Of a stretch of 64,000 nucleotides of DNA, positions 1-9,845 are shown one piece after another. A program made the translations under genes and the position numbers. The stretch's first letter is position 1. Every line of letters starts with the position of its first letter. This DNA is from an uncultured Dehalococcoidaceae bacterium (GTDB lineage Bacteria; Chloroflexota; Dehalococcoidia; UBA2979): positions 30,659-94,658 of the forward strand of contig CAYZJO010000005.1 in the NCBI GenBank assembly GCA_964479165.1, read 5' to 3'. Under the pieces are notes generated by a model, which was not told where the DNA came from, made no database searches, and worked only from the letters and a program-made list of their open reading frames with translations.

Positions 1-411
1 GATCACCGGACGGGCGATCAGCAGGCAGTCCTCCCATGGCTCATCGCCGGACAACTGCACGATGTCGACGCCCGCCTCGAGCGCGATCTCGTTCACTTCG
101 TCGACCGACTGGTCCGCGAAGACTCCCACCGTCAGCGGCCGCTTTACCTCGAGGTGCCCCTCGAGCACCCGGGAGCCGTGGCGGAACCACTCGTCGATCT
201 GCTCGCGGACATGAGGCAGTGCAGGTGGGGGAACGGCCATCTCGTGCTCAACGAGCGGGGCGCCGAGCGCACGCACCATCGCCTGCGCCTCGGCAACGTC
301 GACACGCCGCTTCGACTCCGCAAAGATCATCCCGACGAAGTCCGCTCCCGCCTCGGCAGCGGCGAGGACGTCCTCGGGCGTGCGGTTGCCGCAGATCTTG
401 ACGAGCGTCAC
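1..411 (-). CDS. trpF: Phosphoribosylanthranilate isomerase, N-terminal part (runs off window start)
   Basis: Manual translation from GTG at 409-411: VTLVKICGNRTPEDVLAAAEAGADFVGMIF...TVGVFADQS...DIVQLSGDE; GTGA overlap with trpC stop. Confidence 0.85.
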   Translation of the reverse strand, partial: MTLVKICGNRTPEDVLAAAEAGADFVGMIFAESKRRVDVAEAQAMVRALGAPLVEHEMAVPPPALPHVREQIDEWFRHGSRVLEGHLEVKRPLTVGVFADQSVDEVNEIALEAGVDIVQLSGDEPWEDCLLIARPVI

Positions 412-1283
412 GACGCCACCTCGGAGCCTGCGAGCAGCAGCTCGCCTGCCTTCGCGTCGATGTCGCCGCTGAGGACGAGCGCCTCGCCAACGAGCAGCGC
501 GTGCGCCCCCGCGGCGCGCATCCGCTCTGCGTCGGCGGCGGTCTTGATCGCGGACTCGGCAACGAGCACGACGTCCGGCGGCGCGAGGGCCGCGAGACGC
601 TCGAACGTGCCAAGGTCCTCCGAGAACGTGCGCAGGTCGCGGTTGTTCACCCCGAGCACGGTCGCGCCCGCCTCGACGGCGGTCGCCAGTTCCTCCTCGT
701 TGTGCACCTCGACCAGCGCCTCGAGGCCGTGCTCGCGCGTGCAAGCGAGGAGGTCGCGCAGCGCCTCGGGCGTGAGCATCATCGCGATGAGCAGCAGCGC
801 GTCCGCTCCGTGCGCGCGCGCCTCGAGCACCTGGTACGCGTCGAAGATGAAGTCCTTGCGCAACAGCGCCGGCCTGTCGGCGTCGTCGCCGAACGCAGTC
901 CGAGCGGCGCGCAGGTCGTCGAGACTGCCTCGGAAGAAGTTCGGCTCCGTCAGCACCGACACCGCCGAGGCCCCTGCGTCCGCGTAGGCACGTGCCTGCT
1001 TCGCAGCGTCGAGGTCGGCGTCGAACACGCCCTTCGAGGGGGAAGCGCGCTTGATCTCGGCGACGAGTCGCAGCCGCGCGCCGGGCAGTGCGCCCGCTCG
1101 CCCTCGACGCAGCCGCTCGGCAAAGTCGACGCGCGCGCCCGGCAGCTCCGAAGCGAGCCGCCCGAGGTGCGACTCGGGCACGTCGTGGCGAGATCGCGCG
1201 ACGTCCCCACGACGCCGCGCCACGATGCGGTCGAGCACCGTGTCGGTCGTGCGGACGCCGGCGCCGTTGGTCGCCTCGGACAT
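408..1283 (-). CDS. trpC: Indole-3-glycerol phosphate synthase
   Basis: LVAEIKRASPSKG, SVLTEPNFFRGS, LRKDFI, GVNNRDL motifs; start reassigned to ATG 1281-1283 (MSEATNG). Confidence 0.95.
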   Translation of the reverse strand: MSEATNGAGVRTTDTVLDRIVARRRGDVARSRHDVPESHLGRLASELPGARVDFAERLRRGRAGALPGARLRLVAEIKRASPSKGVFDADLDAAKQARAYADAGASAVSVLTEPNFFRGSLDDLRAARTAFGDDADRPALLRKDFIFDAYQVLEARAHGADALLLIAMMLTPEALRDLLACTREHGLEALVEVHNEEELATAVEAGATVLGVNNRDLRTFSEDLGTFERLAALAPPDVVLVAESAIKTAADAERMRAAGAHALLVGEALVLSGDIDAKAGELLLAGSEVAS

Positions 1284-1288
1284 CGCGC

Positions 1289-2314
1289 CTACCCCGTGGC
1301 CCGGCGCGTCGCCTCGACGAACGCACCCACGCGTGCGGCGGCGTCGCCGCTGTCGATGGCCTGCTTGGCCATCTCCACCCCCTGCGTGAAGGACGAAGCG
1401 AGACCGGTGACGTAGAGGCCGGCTGAGGCGTTCGCGAGGATAAAGTCCCGGATCGCGGCCGAGCCGGTGCCCGCGAAGGCAGCCCGCAGGGTCGCCGCGT
1501 TCTCCTCGGGCGTGCCGCTCATGAGCTCCTCGAGCGGGTGGATCGAGACGCCGAAGTCGGCGGGGCGCAGGGTGCGCTCCGTCACGATGCCGTTCTTCAC
1601 CTCCCAGGCGTAGGTCGGGGACGAGACGGATATCTCGTCGAGACCCTCCTCCGAAGAGACGACGAGCGCGTGCCGCATCCCCAGCCGCCCGAGCACTTCG
1701 GCCATCGTCGCCGCGCGCTCTCGGCTCGGCACACCAAGGACGTGGCAGTTCGCCGAGGCGGGGTTCGTGAGCGGGCCGAGGATGTTGAAGACGGTGCGGA
1801 TGCCGATCTGCGGGCGTAGCGGCCCCGCGAACTTCATCGCCGGGTGGAACGCCTGCGCGAACATGAAGCCGACGCCGGTCTGCTCGATGCACTCCGCGAC
1901 CTGCGTGGGGGTCAGCGCGATCTTCGCTCCGAGCGCCTCGAGGATGTCGGCAGACCCGGACTTCGAGGTAGCAGCGCGGTTGCCGTGCTTCGCCACGGTT
2001 GCCCCACACGCCGCCGCCACGAAGGCTGCCGCCGTCGAAACGTTGAACGTCTTGTGCTGGGCCCCGCCGGTGCCGCAGGTGTCGAGCAGCGGACGGCGCT
2101 CGACTCGCACCTGGAGCGCCTTCTCGCGCATCACGCGGGCCATCCCGGTGATCTCGTCGGCGGTCTCACCCTTGAGACGGAGGGCCGTGACGAACGCACC
2201 GAACTGCGCCTCGCTGGCCTCCCCCTCCATGATCTCGCGCATCACGGCTGTGGCCTCGTCCTCGGTCAGACTCCGCCCCTGTTCGACGAGGGCGATGATC
2301 GCGTCTCGAATCAC
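1289..2314 (-). CDS. trpD: Anthranilate phosphoribosyltransferase
   Basis: [40 protein letters not shown] motifs. Confidence 0.97.
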   Translation of the reverse strand: MIRDAIIALVEQGRSLTEDEATAVMREIMEGEASEAQFGAFVTALRLKGETADEITGMARVMREKALQVRVERRPLLDTCGTGGAQHKTFNVSTAAAFVAAACGATVAKHGNRAATSKSGSADILEALGAKIALTPTQVAECIEQTGVGFMFAQAFHPAMKFAGPLRPQIGIRTVFNILGPLTNPASANCHVLGVPSRERAATMAEVLGRLGMRHALVVSSEEGLDEISVSSPTYAWEVKNGIVTERTLRPADFGVSIHPLEELMSGTPEENAATLRAAFAGTGSAAIRDFILANASAGLYVTGLASSFTQGVEMAKQAIDSGDAAARVGAFVEATRRATG

Positions 2315-2898
2315 GCCGTCACCTCCTCGGCGACTCGCATCTTCAGGAAGTTGCGCAGCAGATCGTGGCCGACCTTCGTCATGATCGACTCGGGATGGAA
2401 CTGGACGCCCTCAATGGCGAGCGCCCTGTGTCGCACGCCCATGATCACGCCGCTTTCGGAGCGCGCGGTGACCACGAGCTCGTCGGGCAGCGTGCTCGGT
2501 TCGATGGCGAGCGAATGGTAGCGAATCGCCTCGAACGGGTTCGGCAGCCCTTCGAAGACCCCCTTGTCGTCGTGGGACACCATCGAGGTCTTGCCATGCA
2601 TGATCTCGCCGGCGGAGACCACGTCCCCACCGAACGCCTGGCCGATCGCCTGGTGCCCGAGGCAGACCCCGAGGAGCGGCACGGTGCCGGCGGCGGCTTT
2701 GATGAGGTCGACCGAGATGCCGGCCTCATTCGGCGTGCACGGCCCGGGCGAGATTACGATGTGGTCGGCCCCCATCTGGAGGCAGTCCTCGACCGTGATC
2801 TCGTCGTTGCGATGCACCTCCACGTCCGCGCCCAGCTCGGCAAGGTACTGGTAGAGGTTGAAGGTGAACGAGTCGTAGTTGTCGATGAGCAGAAGCAT
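2311..2898 (-). CDS. trpG: Anthranilate synthase component II (glutamine amidotransferase)
   Basis: [33 protein letters not shown] motifs; inside trp operon. Confidence 0.95.
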   Translation of the reverse strand: MLLLIDNYDSFTFNLYQYLAELGADVEVHRNDEITVEDCLQMGADHIVISPGPCTPNEAGISVDLIKAAAGTVPLLGVCLGHQAIGQAFGGDVVSAGEIMHGKTSMVSHDDKGVFEGLPNPFEAIRYHSLAIEPSTLPDELVVTARSESGVIMGVRHRALAIEGVQFHPESIMTKVGHDLLRNFLKMRVAEEVTA

Positions 2899-2904
2899 CT
2901 TCGG

Positions 2905-3849
2905 TTAGTCCCTCTGATCGAGGCGTGACTCGGGCATGCCGCCCTGCGCAGCCTCGTACATGCGCGCGGCGTCGCGCATCCGGTGCAGTTGCCCGGCGTG
3001 CTCGAGGTCGTGGCGCGCGATCTGCTCGATGCGGTCGCCAACGGTGACGACTCCCCGCTCGAGGTGGTTACCGAACGTGGCGAGTTGCTCAGGCGTCGCC
3101 TGCGCGAGCCACGCCTCGGTCTGCGCGCGCACTTCCGCGGCACGCGCTCGCAGTGCGACCTCGTCGAGTTGCGGCAGGGAGCGGTGCACGGCCTCCCACT
3201 GGTCGACGTTGAAGGACCGCCAGGTGTGGCCCGGCGTCAGGAGTTGCAGCGCCTCCTGCCGGTAGTACGCCTCGACGGCCGCGACGTGCGCGAGGACGTC
3301 GAGCGGCGACCAGCCTTCGTCCAATGGCCGCATCCGTGCAGCCACCGGGATCGCCTCGAACGCGGCGAGCAACTCGCTCCGCGCGGCCGTGAGTGCCTCC
3401 TGGACCGTCGCCGGATCGATGCCGACGCCATCGCCTTCGGGCTCGGCGGCGTCGAAAGCTTCGAACAGCCATGCGCGGAGCTCGGCGACCACGTTGATGC
3501 CACCCGCGCTGCCGGGATTCGTCCAGGCCGCGTCGGCATACTCATGTTCGCTGTAGCGCGGATCGCCGCGCCATTCGACGCAGGTGAAGACGTTGACGAT
3601 GTAACGCGCGCCCGCTCCGCCCGTGAGGTACACCGTCTCGGCGAACTCGAAGGGACCGGGCGTAACGTGCAGCAGGTCGCGCAGCACGCGTTCGACGGCG
3701 TCCTCGGCGACCTCCTCGTCCCGCACGACGGCCATCGGCAGCGACCACTGTCCGGCGAACTCGCCATGGTGACCGTGGTGCTGCACGAGCATCACACGGC
3801 CGTCCTCGCGGAGCAGCAGCGCGGCGGCGGCGATCTCGGGACCGGGCAT
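2905..3849 (-). CDS. Nudix-like domain fused to DinB/YfiT-like domain
   Basis: N-half Nudix-like (VMLVQH...WSLPM...VERVLRDLL, degenerate Nudix box); C-half WSPLDVLAHV...RHDLEHAGQL DinB His motif; start ATG 3847-3849 after GAGGAGG-like SD. Confidence 0.75.
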   Translation of the reverse strand: MPGPEIAAAALLLREDGRVMLVQHHGHHGEFAGQWSLPMAVVRDEEVAEDAVERVLRDLLHVTPGPFEFAETVYLTGGAGARYIVNVFTCVEWRGDPRYSEHEYADAAWTNPGSAGGINVVAELRAWLFEAFDAAEPEGDGVGIDPATVQEALTAARSELLAAFEAIPVAARMRPLDEGWSPLDVLAHVAAVEAYYRQEALQLLTPGHTWRSFNVDQWEAVHRSLPQLDEVALRARAAEVRAQTEAWLAQATPEQLATFGNHLERGVVTVGDRIEQIARHDLEHAGQLHRMRDAARMYEAAQGGMPESRLDQRD

Positions 3850-3872
3850 ACGTTCCTCCTCTTCGCCTGCCG

Positions 3873-5360
3873 CTAGTAGCCGAGGCTCCCCGAGGGCGCG
3901 CCGCCCTCGGAGCGCTCGGCGTCGTCGATGGCGCGCAGCAGAGCGCGCGCCTTGTGCTCGGTCTCCTCGAACTCCTTCACGGGGTCGGAGTCGTAGACGA
4001 TGCCACCCCCTGCCTGGACGTGCGCCCAGCCGTGCTTCATCACCAACGTGCGGATGGTGATGCACGTCTCCAGGTTGCCCGACATGTCGAAGAAGCCGAC
4101 TGCCCCGGCGTAGGGGCCGCGCTTGTCCGGCTCTAGTTCGGCCACGATCTCCATCGCACGGATCTTCGGTGCGCCGGAGACGGTGCCCGCCGGGAAGCTC
4201 GCCCGCAGCGCGTCATAGGGGGAGAGCCCCTTGCGCAGCCGTCCCTCGACGTGGCTCACGAGGTGCATCACGTGCGAGTAGAACTCGAGGTCGAGCTGCT
4301 GCGTCACTTCGACGGAGCCCGCCTCGGAGACGCGGCCGACGTCGTTGCGCCCGAGGTCGAGCAGCATGACGTGCTCGGCGATCTCCTTCGGGTCGTGGCG
4401 CAGTTCCTCGGCGAGCCGCTCGTCGTCGAGGGGCGTGGCGCCTCGAGGCCGCGTACCGGCGATCGGGTGGTTCTCGACGCGCCCGTCCTCGACCTTCACC
4501 AGCAATTCGGGCGACGCTCCGACGATGTACGTGTCGTCGAACTGCAGGAAGTACATGTACGGCGACGGGTTGATCGCGCGCAGGCTGCGGTACACCTCGA
4601 ACGGATGCGCACCGGTCGGCTTCGAGAAGCGCTGCGAGATCACCGCCTGGATGATGTCGCCCGCGCGGATGTACTCCTTCGTCCGCTCGACCGCGGCGAG
4701 GTAGTCCTCGCGTTTCCAGTTCGACTCGACGGGACGCCCGGCGGGGCCGTCGAACGGCACGTACGGGAGCCCCGCCAGCGGCTGTGACAGACGCTCGACC
4801 AGCTGCTCGATCTTCCACTGCGCCTGCTCGTACGAGGCCTCGATGTCACCGTCGAGGCGGACGTGCGAGACGACCTTGATCGTGTGCATCAGGTGGTCGA
4901 ACACGAGCAGCGTGTCCGTGAACATCAGCCACGACTCGGGCACGCCGAGGGCGTCGCGCTCCGGCGCGCCAAGCCGCTTCTCGAAGTGCCCCGCGATCTC
5001 GTAGCCGAGGTAGCCGACCGCGCCGCCGTGGAAGCGCGGCAGCCCACGCACATCGAGGCTGCGCAACCGGTCGAGCTCCGCCTCGACGTGGACGAGCGGG
5101 TCACCGTCGTCGTGGTCGAGCGCGAGTACGCGGTACGGCTCGGTGCCGATGAAGGAGTAGCGCCCGACGCGCTCGCCGCCCTCGACGGACTCGAGCAGGA
5201 ATGAGTACGGCCCGCGCGCGATCTTGAGGAACGCGGACACCGGCGTCTCGAGGTCGGCGCGCACCTCCCGGAAGATCGGCACCACGGTGCCGCTGCCGGC
5301 CATGCGTTTCACATCAGCCAGGGCGGGGGTGAAGTCGGTAAAGGCTGCTGCGGTGGTCAT
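3873..5360 (-). CDS. trpE: Anthranilate synthase component I
   Basis: FLLESVEGGERVGRYSF, NPSPYM, PIAGTRPRG, EHVMLLDLGRND, GTVSGAPK, QAGGGIV motifs; start ATG 5358-5360. Confidence 0.97.
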   Translation of the reverse strand: MTTAAAFTDFTPALADVKRMAGSGTVVPIFREVRADLETPVSAFLKIARGPYSFLLESVEGGERVGRYSFIGTEPYRVLALDHDDGDPLVHVEAELDRLRSLDVRGLPRFHGGAVGYLGYEIAGHFEKRLGAPERDALGVPESWLMFTDTLLVFDHLMHTIKVVSHVRLDGDIEASYEQAQWKIEQLVERLSQPLAGLPYVPFDGPAGRPVESNWKREDYLAAVERTKEYIRAGDIIQAVISQRFSKPTGAHPFEVYRSLRAINPSPYMYFLQFDDTYIVGASPELLVKVEDGRVENHPIAGTRPRGATPLDDERLAEELRHDPKEIAEHVMLLDLGRNDVGRVSEAGSVEVTQQLDLEFYSHVMHLVSHVEGRLRKGLSPYDALRASFPAGTVSGAPKIRAMEIVAELEPDKRGPYAGAVGFFDMSGNLETCITIRTLVMKHGWAHVQAGGGIVYDSDPVKEFEETEHKARALLRAIDDAERSEGGAPSGSLGY

Positions 5361-5461
5361 CGGATCTCTCCGTGATCGATGGTGGACTGGGCGAAGGCGG
5401 CGCGCCACCACCAACGGCGGCCGGACGCGAGGATGCGCTGTCTCGCCATGCTGGTGCTCAT
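5357..5461 (-). CDS. Putative Trp-rich leader peptide MSTSMARQRILASGRRWWWRAAFAQSTIDHGEIR
   Basis: AAGGAG SD about 7 nt before ATG 5459-5461; three tandem TGG codons at 5405-5413; TGA overlaps trpE ATG (ATGA). Confidence 0.65.
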   Translation of the reverse strand: MSTSMARQRILASGRRWWWRAAFAQSTIDHGEIR

Positions 5462-5489
5462 CCACCTACTCCTTCGTCTCGCTCGTCCA

Positions 5490-5825
5490 CAGAACGAAAA
5501 AGGACCATCGCCTACGGGGCGATGGTCCTCGCGGTGCCACCCGTGTTTCGCGCCCGGCGACTCCGCCCGGCGCGCTCTTCGAGGCACGGCCACCGCTCGT
5601 ACGCTCGCGACTCGGCTAGCGGTCGCACGCGTACCTCGGGGCGATGCCCTGGGCCTGGATAACGGCGCCCACACCGCCGACGCCTACTGGATGCGCTGAC
5701 GCACCGTTCGGGCCGGAACTCCCGGGTCCATTCGGCCGCTGCTCGTCGGGCGCCGGGCTCTCACCTACCCCGGCTCTCTGGTGCCCCGCGTGACGGCGTA
5801 CTCGTCCCGTTCAACGTCGCTGCTA
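5490..5825 (-). promoter_or_regulatory. T-box riboswitch, Trp specifier (UGG)
   Basis: Minus strand: AGUA (5799-5802), CAGAGAGC AG-box, GGUGAGAGCC distal motif, GAA-UGG specifier (UGG 5728-5730), CCGUUA motif, T-box GGGUGGCACCGCG (about 5530-5542), then terminator. Confidence 0.85.
5497..5529 (-). terminator. Intrinsic terminator of the T-box leader
   Basis: 12-bp perfect stem AGGACCATCGCC/GGCGATGGTCCT, 5-nt loop, followed by a U-tract on the minus strand. Confidence 0.9.
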
Positions 5826-5991
5826 TATCAGCCGTGTCCCCCGCGGTACCCGCGGTCGAGCGATCATAATGCCACGAACCGCTCCCTGTCATGCAACCGG
5901 TGTCGACGGGATCCCCGATTGCGACTGAACCGTGAGGTGACTCGGCGCCGCTTGAGCATCTTCAGATGCGGTCGCGCAGATACTCGCGACC

Positions 5992-6666
5992 ATGGCAGTC
6001 GTCGACGGCCCGCTACCGGCCCCTCCGGGGAACGAGGACAACTCGGCGACCGTCGAAGGGCGCGCTACGGCGCCTCCCTCGAACGGCTTCGGGCAGTTGT
6101 GGCGCAAGGAGATCTCAGCCGCGCTTGGAGGCGGTCCGAGCGCAGCGGAACTCATGGCCCACTGGAAGGAGCACCTGACAGAGCTCTGGCCGGACGCCGG
6201 GGAGCTGTATCGATCGTACGGAGACATCCGGCGCGGCGACTTGCTCGGGATCGACTTGGGGGTGGGACCCGTCAAGCTCGCGACGGGCGTGGTGGTCATC
6301 GAGTCGAGCGACACGTCCTTCACGGTACTGTCACCCGAGGGACACATGCTGGCCGGCTGGAACCGCTTCACGACCGAGGACGCGCCGGAGGGGACCGTTG
6401 CCGCAGTGACCATCGAGATGCGCGCCTCTGACCCGTTCTACGAGGCCGGTCTGCTGTTCGGTGGCCACCGAGCCGAGGAGCGCTTCTGGGCGCAGATGCT
6501 GTGGAACCTCGCAGAGCGCTTCGGGCAGCAGCCCGAGGTGCGTGTGAAGCGGCGCCTCCTCGACCGGCGTCGCCGGTGGCGTAACGCGGGCAACATCCGC
6601 CAGAACGCCTTCCTGCGAACGAGCGGCCGTCGGATGCTCAGAGCGCTGGGGTTGGGCGGACGTTGA
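5992..6666 (+). CDS. Hypothetical protein, possibly DUF1990/SRPBCC-like
   Basis: Clean ORF with SPEGHMLAGWNRF motif; stop overlaps next gene. Confidence 0.55.
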   Translation: MAVVDGPLPAPPGNEDNSATVEGRATAPPSNGFGQLWRKEISAALGGGPSAAELMAHWKEHLTELWPDAGELYRSYGDIRRGDLLGIDLGVGPVKLATGVVVIESSDTSFTVLSPEGHMLAGWNRFTTEDAPEGTVAAVTIEMRASDPFYEAGLLFGGHRAEERFWAQMLWNLAERFGQQPEVRVKRRLLDRRRRWRNAGNIRQNAFLRTSGRRMLRALGLGGR

Positions 6667-8087
6667 GTCGCTACGACGCCGTCGTCGTCGGCTCCGGGCC
6701 CAACGGCCTGGCCGCCGCGATCACAATGGCGCGAGCCGGTCGCACCGTCCTCGTACTGGAGGGCGCTGACGCAGTTGGCGGCGGGATCACCTCGAGCGAA
6801 CTCACGCTCCCGGGATTCATCCACGACTGCTGTGCGGGCGTCCACCCCCTCGGGGCGTCGAGCCCGCTCTTCCGCCGGCTTCCCCTCGACGAGCACGGCC
6901 TCGAGTGGGTACATCCCCCGGCGCCGCTCGCCCACCCGTTCGACGACGGTGATGTCGCCGTCCTGCATCGATCTCTCGATCGCACCGCGGACGAGTTTCC
7001 CGAGGACGCGGCCTCGTACCGCAGGCTGTTCGGGCCGCTCGTTAGCCGGTGGCAGGCGTTGATGTGGGAGGTGCTGCAGCCGATCACGCACATCCCCCGT
7101 TGGCCGCTCCTGCTTGCGCGGTTCGGGCTGCCGTCGCTGCTCAGCGCCTCCGGACTCGCGCGCGTGGCCTTCGGCAGCCCAAAGTTGCAGGCGTTGTTCG
7201 CGGCGTCTGCCGGTCACGCCATCCTGCCGCTGGACCAGCCTCTCACCGCATCGTTCGCGCTCGTATTAAACGGGGCAGCGCATGGCGCCGGCTGGCCGAT
7301 CGCGCGGGGCGGATCGCAGCGACTGGCGGACGCCCTTGCGTCCTACCTCCGCAGCCTCGGCGGCGAGATCGAGACGCACCGCCCTGTCCGCACGCTGGAC
7401 GACCTGCCCGAGCACCGCGTCGCGATGTTCGACACCGCGCCACGGCAGTTGCTCGCGATCGCCGGTGACCGCATGAGCGACCGCTATCGGCGGCGGATCA
7501 TGGGCTTTCGCCGCGGGGACGCGGTCTTCAAGGTCGATTACGCGCTGTCCGAGCCGGTGCCATGGCGGGCCGAGGAGTGCGCAGACGCAGGCACGGTGCA
7601 CCTCGGCGGCAGTCTCGAGGACCTTGTCGCGGCCGAGGACGAGGTCGCGCACGGTCGAGTGCCCGAGTCACCGCTGGTCCTTGCGGGCCAGCCGACAGGC
7701 ATCGACCCGAGTCGAGCACCCGAGGGACAGCACACGTTCTGGGCCTACTGCCACCTCCCGCGCGGCTCGAGCGAAGACATGACCGACCGGATCGAGCGGC
7801 AGATCGAGCGCTTCGCGCCGGGCTTCCGCGACGTCGTCCTCGCGCGCTCGTCGCTGTCGCCCGAGCGACTCGAGGGGCTGAACCCCAACCTCGTCGGCGG
7901 GGACATCACGGGCGGGTCGAACGGTGGGTTGCAGTTGTTCTTCCGGCCGGGCGTGACGCTGTGGCCCTACAACACGCCAGCCAGGGGCGTGTACCTCTGC
8001 TCCGCATCGACGCCTCCGGGTGGCGGTGTGCACGGCATGTGCGGCTACTGGGCTGCGCGCGCCGCTCTGAAGCGCGAGCTGCGTTAG
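6663..8087 (+). CDS. Phytoene dehydrogenase-like FAD-dependent oxidoreductase
   Basis: VVVGSGPNGLAAA FAD motif, GGSQRLADAL, YLCSASTPPGGGVHGMCGYWAA C-terminus. Confidence 0.9.
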   Translation: MSRYDAVVVGSGPNGLAAAITMARAGRTVLVLEGADAVGGGITSSELTLPGFIHDCCAGVHPLGASSPLFRRLPLDEHGLEWVHPPAPLAHPFDDGDVAVLHRSLDRTADEFPEDAASYRRLFGPLVSRWQALMWEVLQPITHIPRWPLLLARFGLPSLLSASGLARVAFGSPKLQALFAASAGHAILPLDQPLTASFALVLNGAAHGAGWPIARGGSQRLADALASYLRSLGGEIETHRPVRTLDDLPEHRVAMFDTAPRQLLAIAGDRMSDRYRRRIMGFRRGDAVFKVDYALSEPVPWRAEECADAGTVHLGGSLEDLVAAEDEVAHGRVPESPLVLAGQPTGIDPSRAPEGQHTFWAYCHLPRGSSEDMTDRIERQIERFAPGFRDVVLARSSLSPERLEGLNPNLVGGDITGGSNGGLQLFFRPGVTLWPYNTPARGVYLCSASTPPGGGVHGMCGYWAARAALKRELR

Positions 8088-8090
8088 CCG

Positions 8091-8774
8091 TCAGACCTCG
8101 ACCGGCGCGCGGTCCGGCCGCGCACGTTCCGCCTCCACGAGCGCCCAGACCGTGTCGACGGTCGCGTCGAGGTCGCCCTCGAGGTTCGTCACGACGTGGT
8201 CAAAGTGTGTCGCCTCATGCACCTCGCGCTCGGCGGCGGCGAGGCGGCGCTGGCGCTCCTCGGGAGTCTCGGTGCCGCGGCCGTTGAGGTGCTCGGCCAG
8301 GCGATCGGGACTCTCCGGCACGATGAAGATCGACAGGGCGCCGGGCAGCACCGTGCGCAACGAGGCAGCACCCTGGACGTCGACGCGGATGAAGACATCG
8401 TTGCCGGTGGCCAGCGCCTGCCGCACCTGCGAACGCGGTACGCCGTAGAGATTACCGTAGACCTCGGCATGCTCGAGGAGCTCACCGCTCTCGACGTTAT
8501 GCAGGAACTCGTCGCGGGCCACGAAGACGTGGTGGACCCCGTCGACTTCGCCCTCCCGAGGGGTGCGCGTGGTCATCGTGGCGGGGACGGCGACCGGGAA
8601 GCCACGTTCGCGAAGCCGACGCATCACGGCGTCTTTGCCGGCGCCGGACGGGCCTGAGAGCACCACGACAAGGGGAGCGCGGTCCTCGGATGGGCTGGCG
8701 TGCCCGACGCTGGACGTGATGGGGCTCTCCTCAGCGGTCGCGGCGGTCGCCCTGCTTACGGTCGAGCTCGGCAA
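8091..8774 (-). CDS. gmk: Guanylate kinase (true start probably downstream of 8774)
   Basis: LSGPSGAGKD P-loop, TTRTPREGEVDGVHHVF, EHAEVYGNLYG. Confidence 0.92.
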   Translation of the reverse strand: MPSSTVSRATAATAEESPITSSVGHASPSEDRAPLVVVLSGPSGAGKDAVMRRLRERGFPVAVPATMTTRTPREGEVDGVHHVFVARDEFLHNVESGELLEHAEVYGNLYGVPRSQVRQALATGNDVFIRVDVQGAASLRTVLPGALSIFIVPESPDRLAEHLNGRGTETPEERQRRLAAAEREVHEATHFDHVVTNLEGDLDATVDTVWALVEAERARPDRAPVEV

Positions 8775-9762
8775 GCCGTTCCTCGGACCGCCTGGTGATC
8801 TCGCGCATCTTCTCGGCGGCGTACGTCCCGAGCAAGAAGTCAGTCAGGCCGCCTTCGGGGATCTGCGAGCCCTTGGCTTCCACCTCGACGCGTCCGACCT
8901 GCCCGGACATGAACGCGTCGTGCTCCATGCTGGTCTGCGCGAGGTAGCGGAAGAGATCCTCGTCGCTCTCGACCTCCGCCAGGTGCTGCTGCAACTCGCG
9001 GAGCGCCTCGCGGTAGCGCTCGAGCCAGTGGATCAACTGGATGCGGTTCGTGACGGCGATGTCGAACGCCATGTCCGGATGCGTGCCGGCGACGCGCGTC
9101 GTGTCCTTGAACCCGCCTGCCGCCAGCACGGACATCTCCGGCCACGCCTCGGAGTCTCGCGCAAGCCGGAACAGCGCCGAGGCGGCGAGCAGCGGGAGGT
9201 GCGAGATGGCGGCGACATAGGCGTCGTGCTCTTCGGCGTCCATGAACCGCGGGACCGCTCCCACGGTCTCCGCCAGTCCGGCGATCGCCTTCACGGCGCC
9301 CTCGGTCGCCTCGACCGACGGGACCACGACCCACTGCGCCCCCTCGAAGAGCTCGGGCGTCGCCGCGGACGGACCGCTGTCCGTCTTGCCCGCCATCGGG
9401 TGCCCGCCCACGAACGAGACGGACCGCGGCACGAGGTTCCGTGCCCAGCGCATGATCTCAGTCTTGGTCGATCCGGTGTCCGTCACCACTGCCCCGGGCT
9501 CGAGCGCGTCAGCGACTTCCTCGAGCAGGTCCTCGACGGCGAGCACTGGGACGGCAAGCACCACCATCGAGGCGCCACGCACGGCCTCGCGAGGGTCGCT
9601 CACGGGCACGTCGATGGCTCCGACGCGCTGCGCCTCGCGTAGGTGGTCGCGGTTGCGGTCGTAGCCGACGACCTCCAGGTCCTTGATCTTGCCGGACGCC
9701 TTGAGTCGCAAGCCGAGCGAGGCGCCGATCAATCCCGTTCCGAGGATGGCGATGCGCGTCAT
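8731..9762 (-). CDS. tyrA: Prephenate/arogenate dehydrogenase
   Basis: IAILGTGLIGASLG, TDTGSTK, VGGHPMAG, EEHDAYVAAISHLP, FKDTTRVA; start ATG 9760-9762. Confidence 0.88.
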   Translation of the reverse strand: MTRIAILGTGLIGASLGLRLKASGKIKDLEVVGYDRNRDHLREAQRVGAIDVPVSDPREAVRGASMVVLAVPVLAVEDLLEEVADALEPGAVVTDTGSTKTEIMRWARNLVPRSVSFVGGHPMAGKTDSGPSAATPELFEGAQWVVVPSVEATEGAVKAIAGLAETVGAVPRFMDAEEHDAYVAAISHLPLLAASALFRLARDSEAWPEMSVLAAGGFKDTTRVAGTHPDMAFDIAVTNRIQLIHWLERYREALRELQQHLAEVESDEDLFRYLAQTSMEHDAFMSGQVGRVEVEAKGSQIPEGGLTDFLLGTYAAEKMREITRRSEERLAELDRKQGDRRDR

Positions 9763-9845
9763 CGAGGTTCGCTCTGGATTCAGGAACCGTGGTGTGGCCT
9801 CGATGATAGCGCAGCGCACGGTCCAGCCGCCGACCACGCACTGGC

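Noticed and set aside
408-2009. 533-aa ORF as a TrpD-TrpC-like fusion
   Set aside because: The N-terminal 240 aa is an off-frame read of trpD; TrpC begins at ATG 1283 after the trpD stop
154-2521. Many long plus-strand ORFs antisense to the trp genes (and similar antisense ORFs throughout the window)
   Set aside because: Expected shadow ORFs in high-GC DNA; Arg/Ala/Pro-rich with no recognisable motifs and overlapping confidently identified genes
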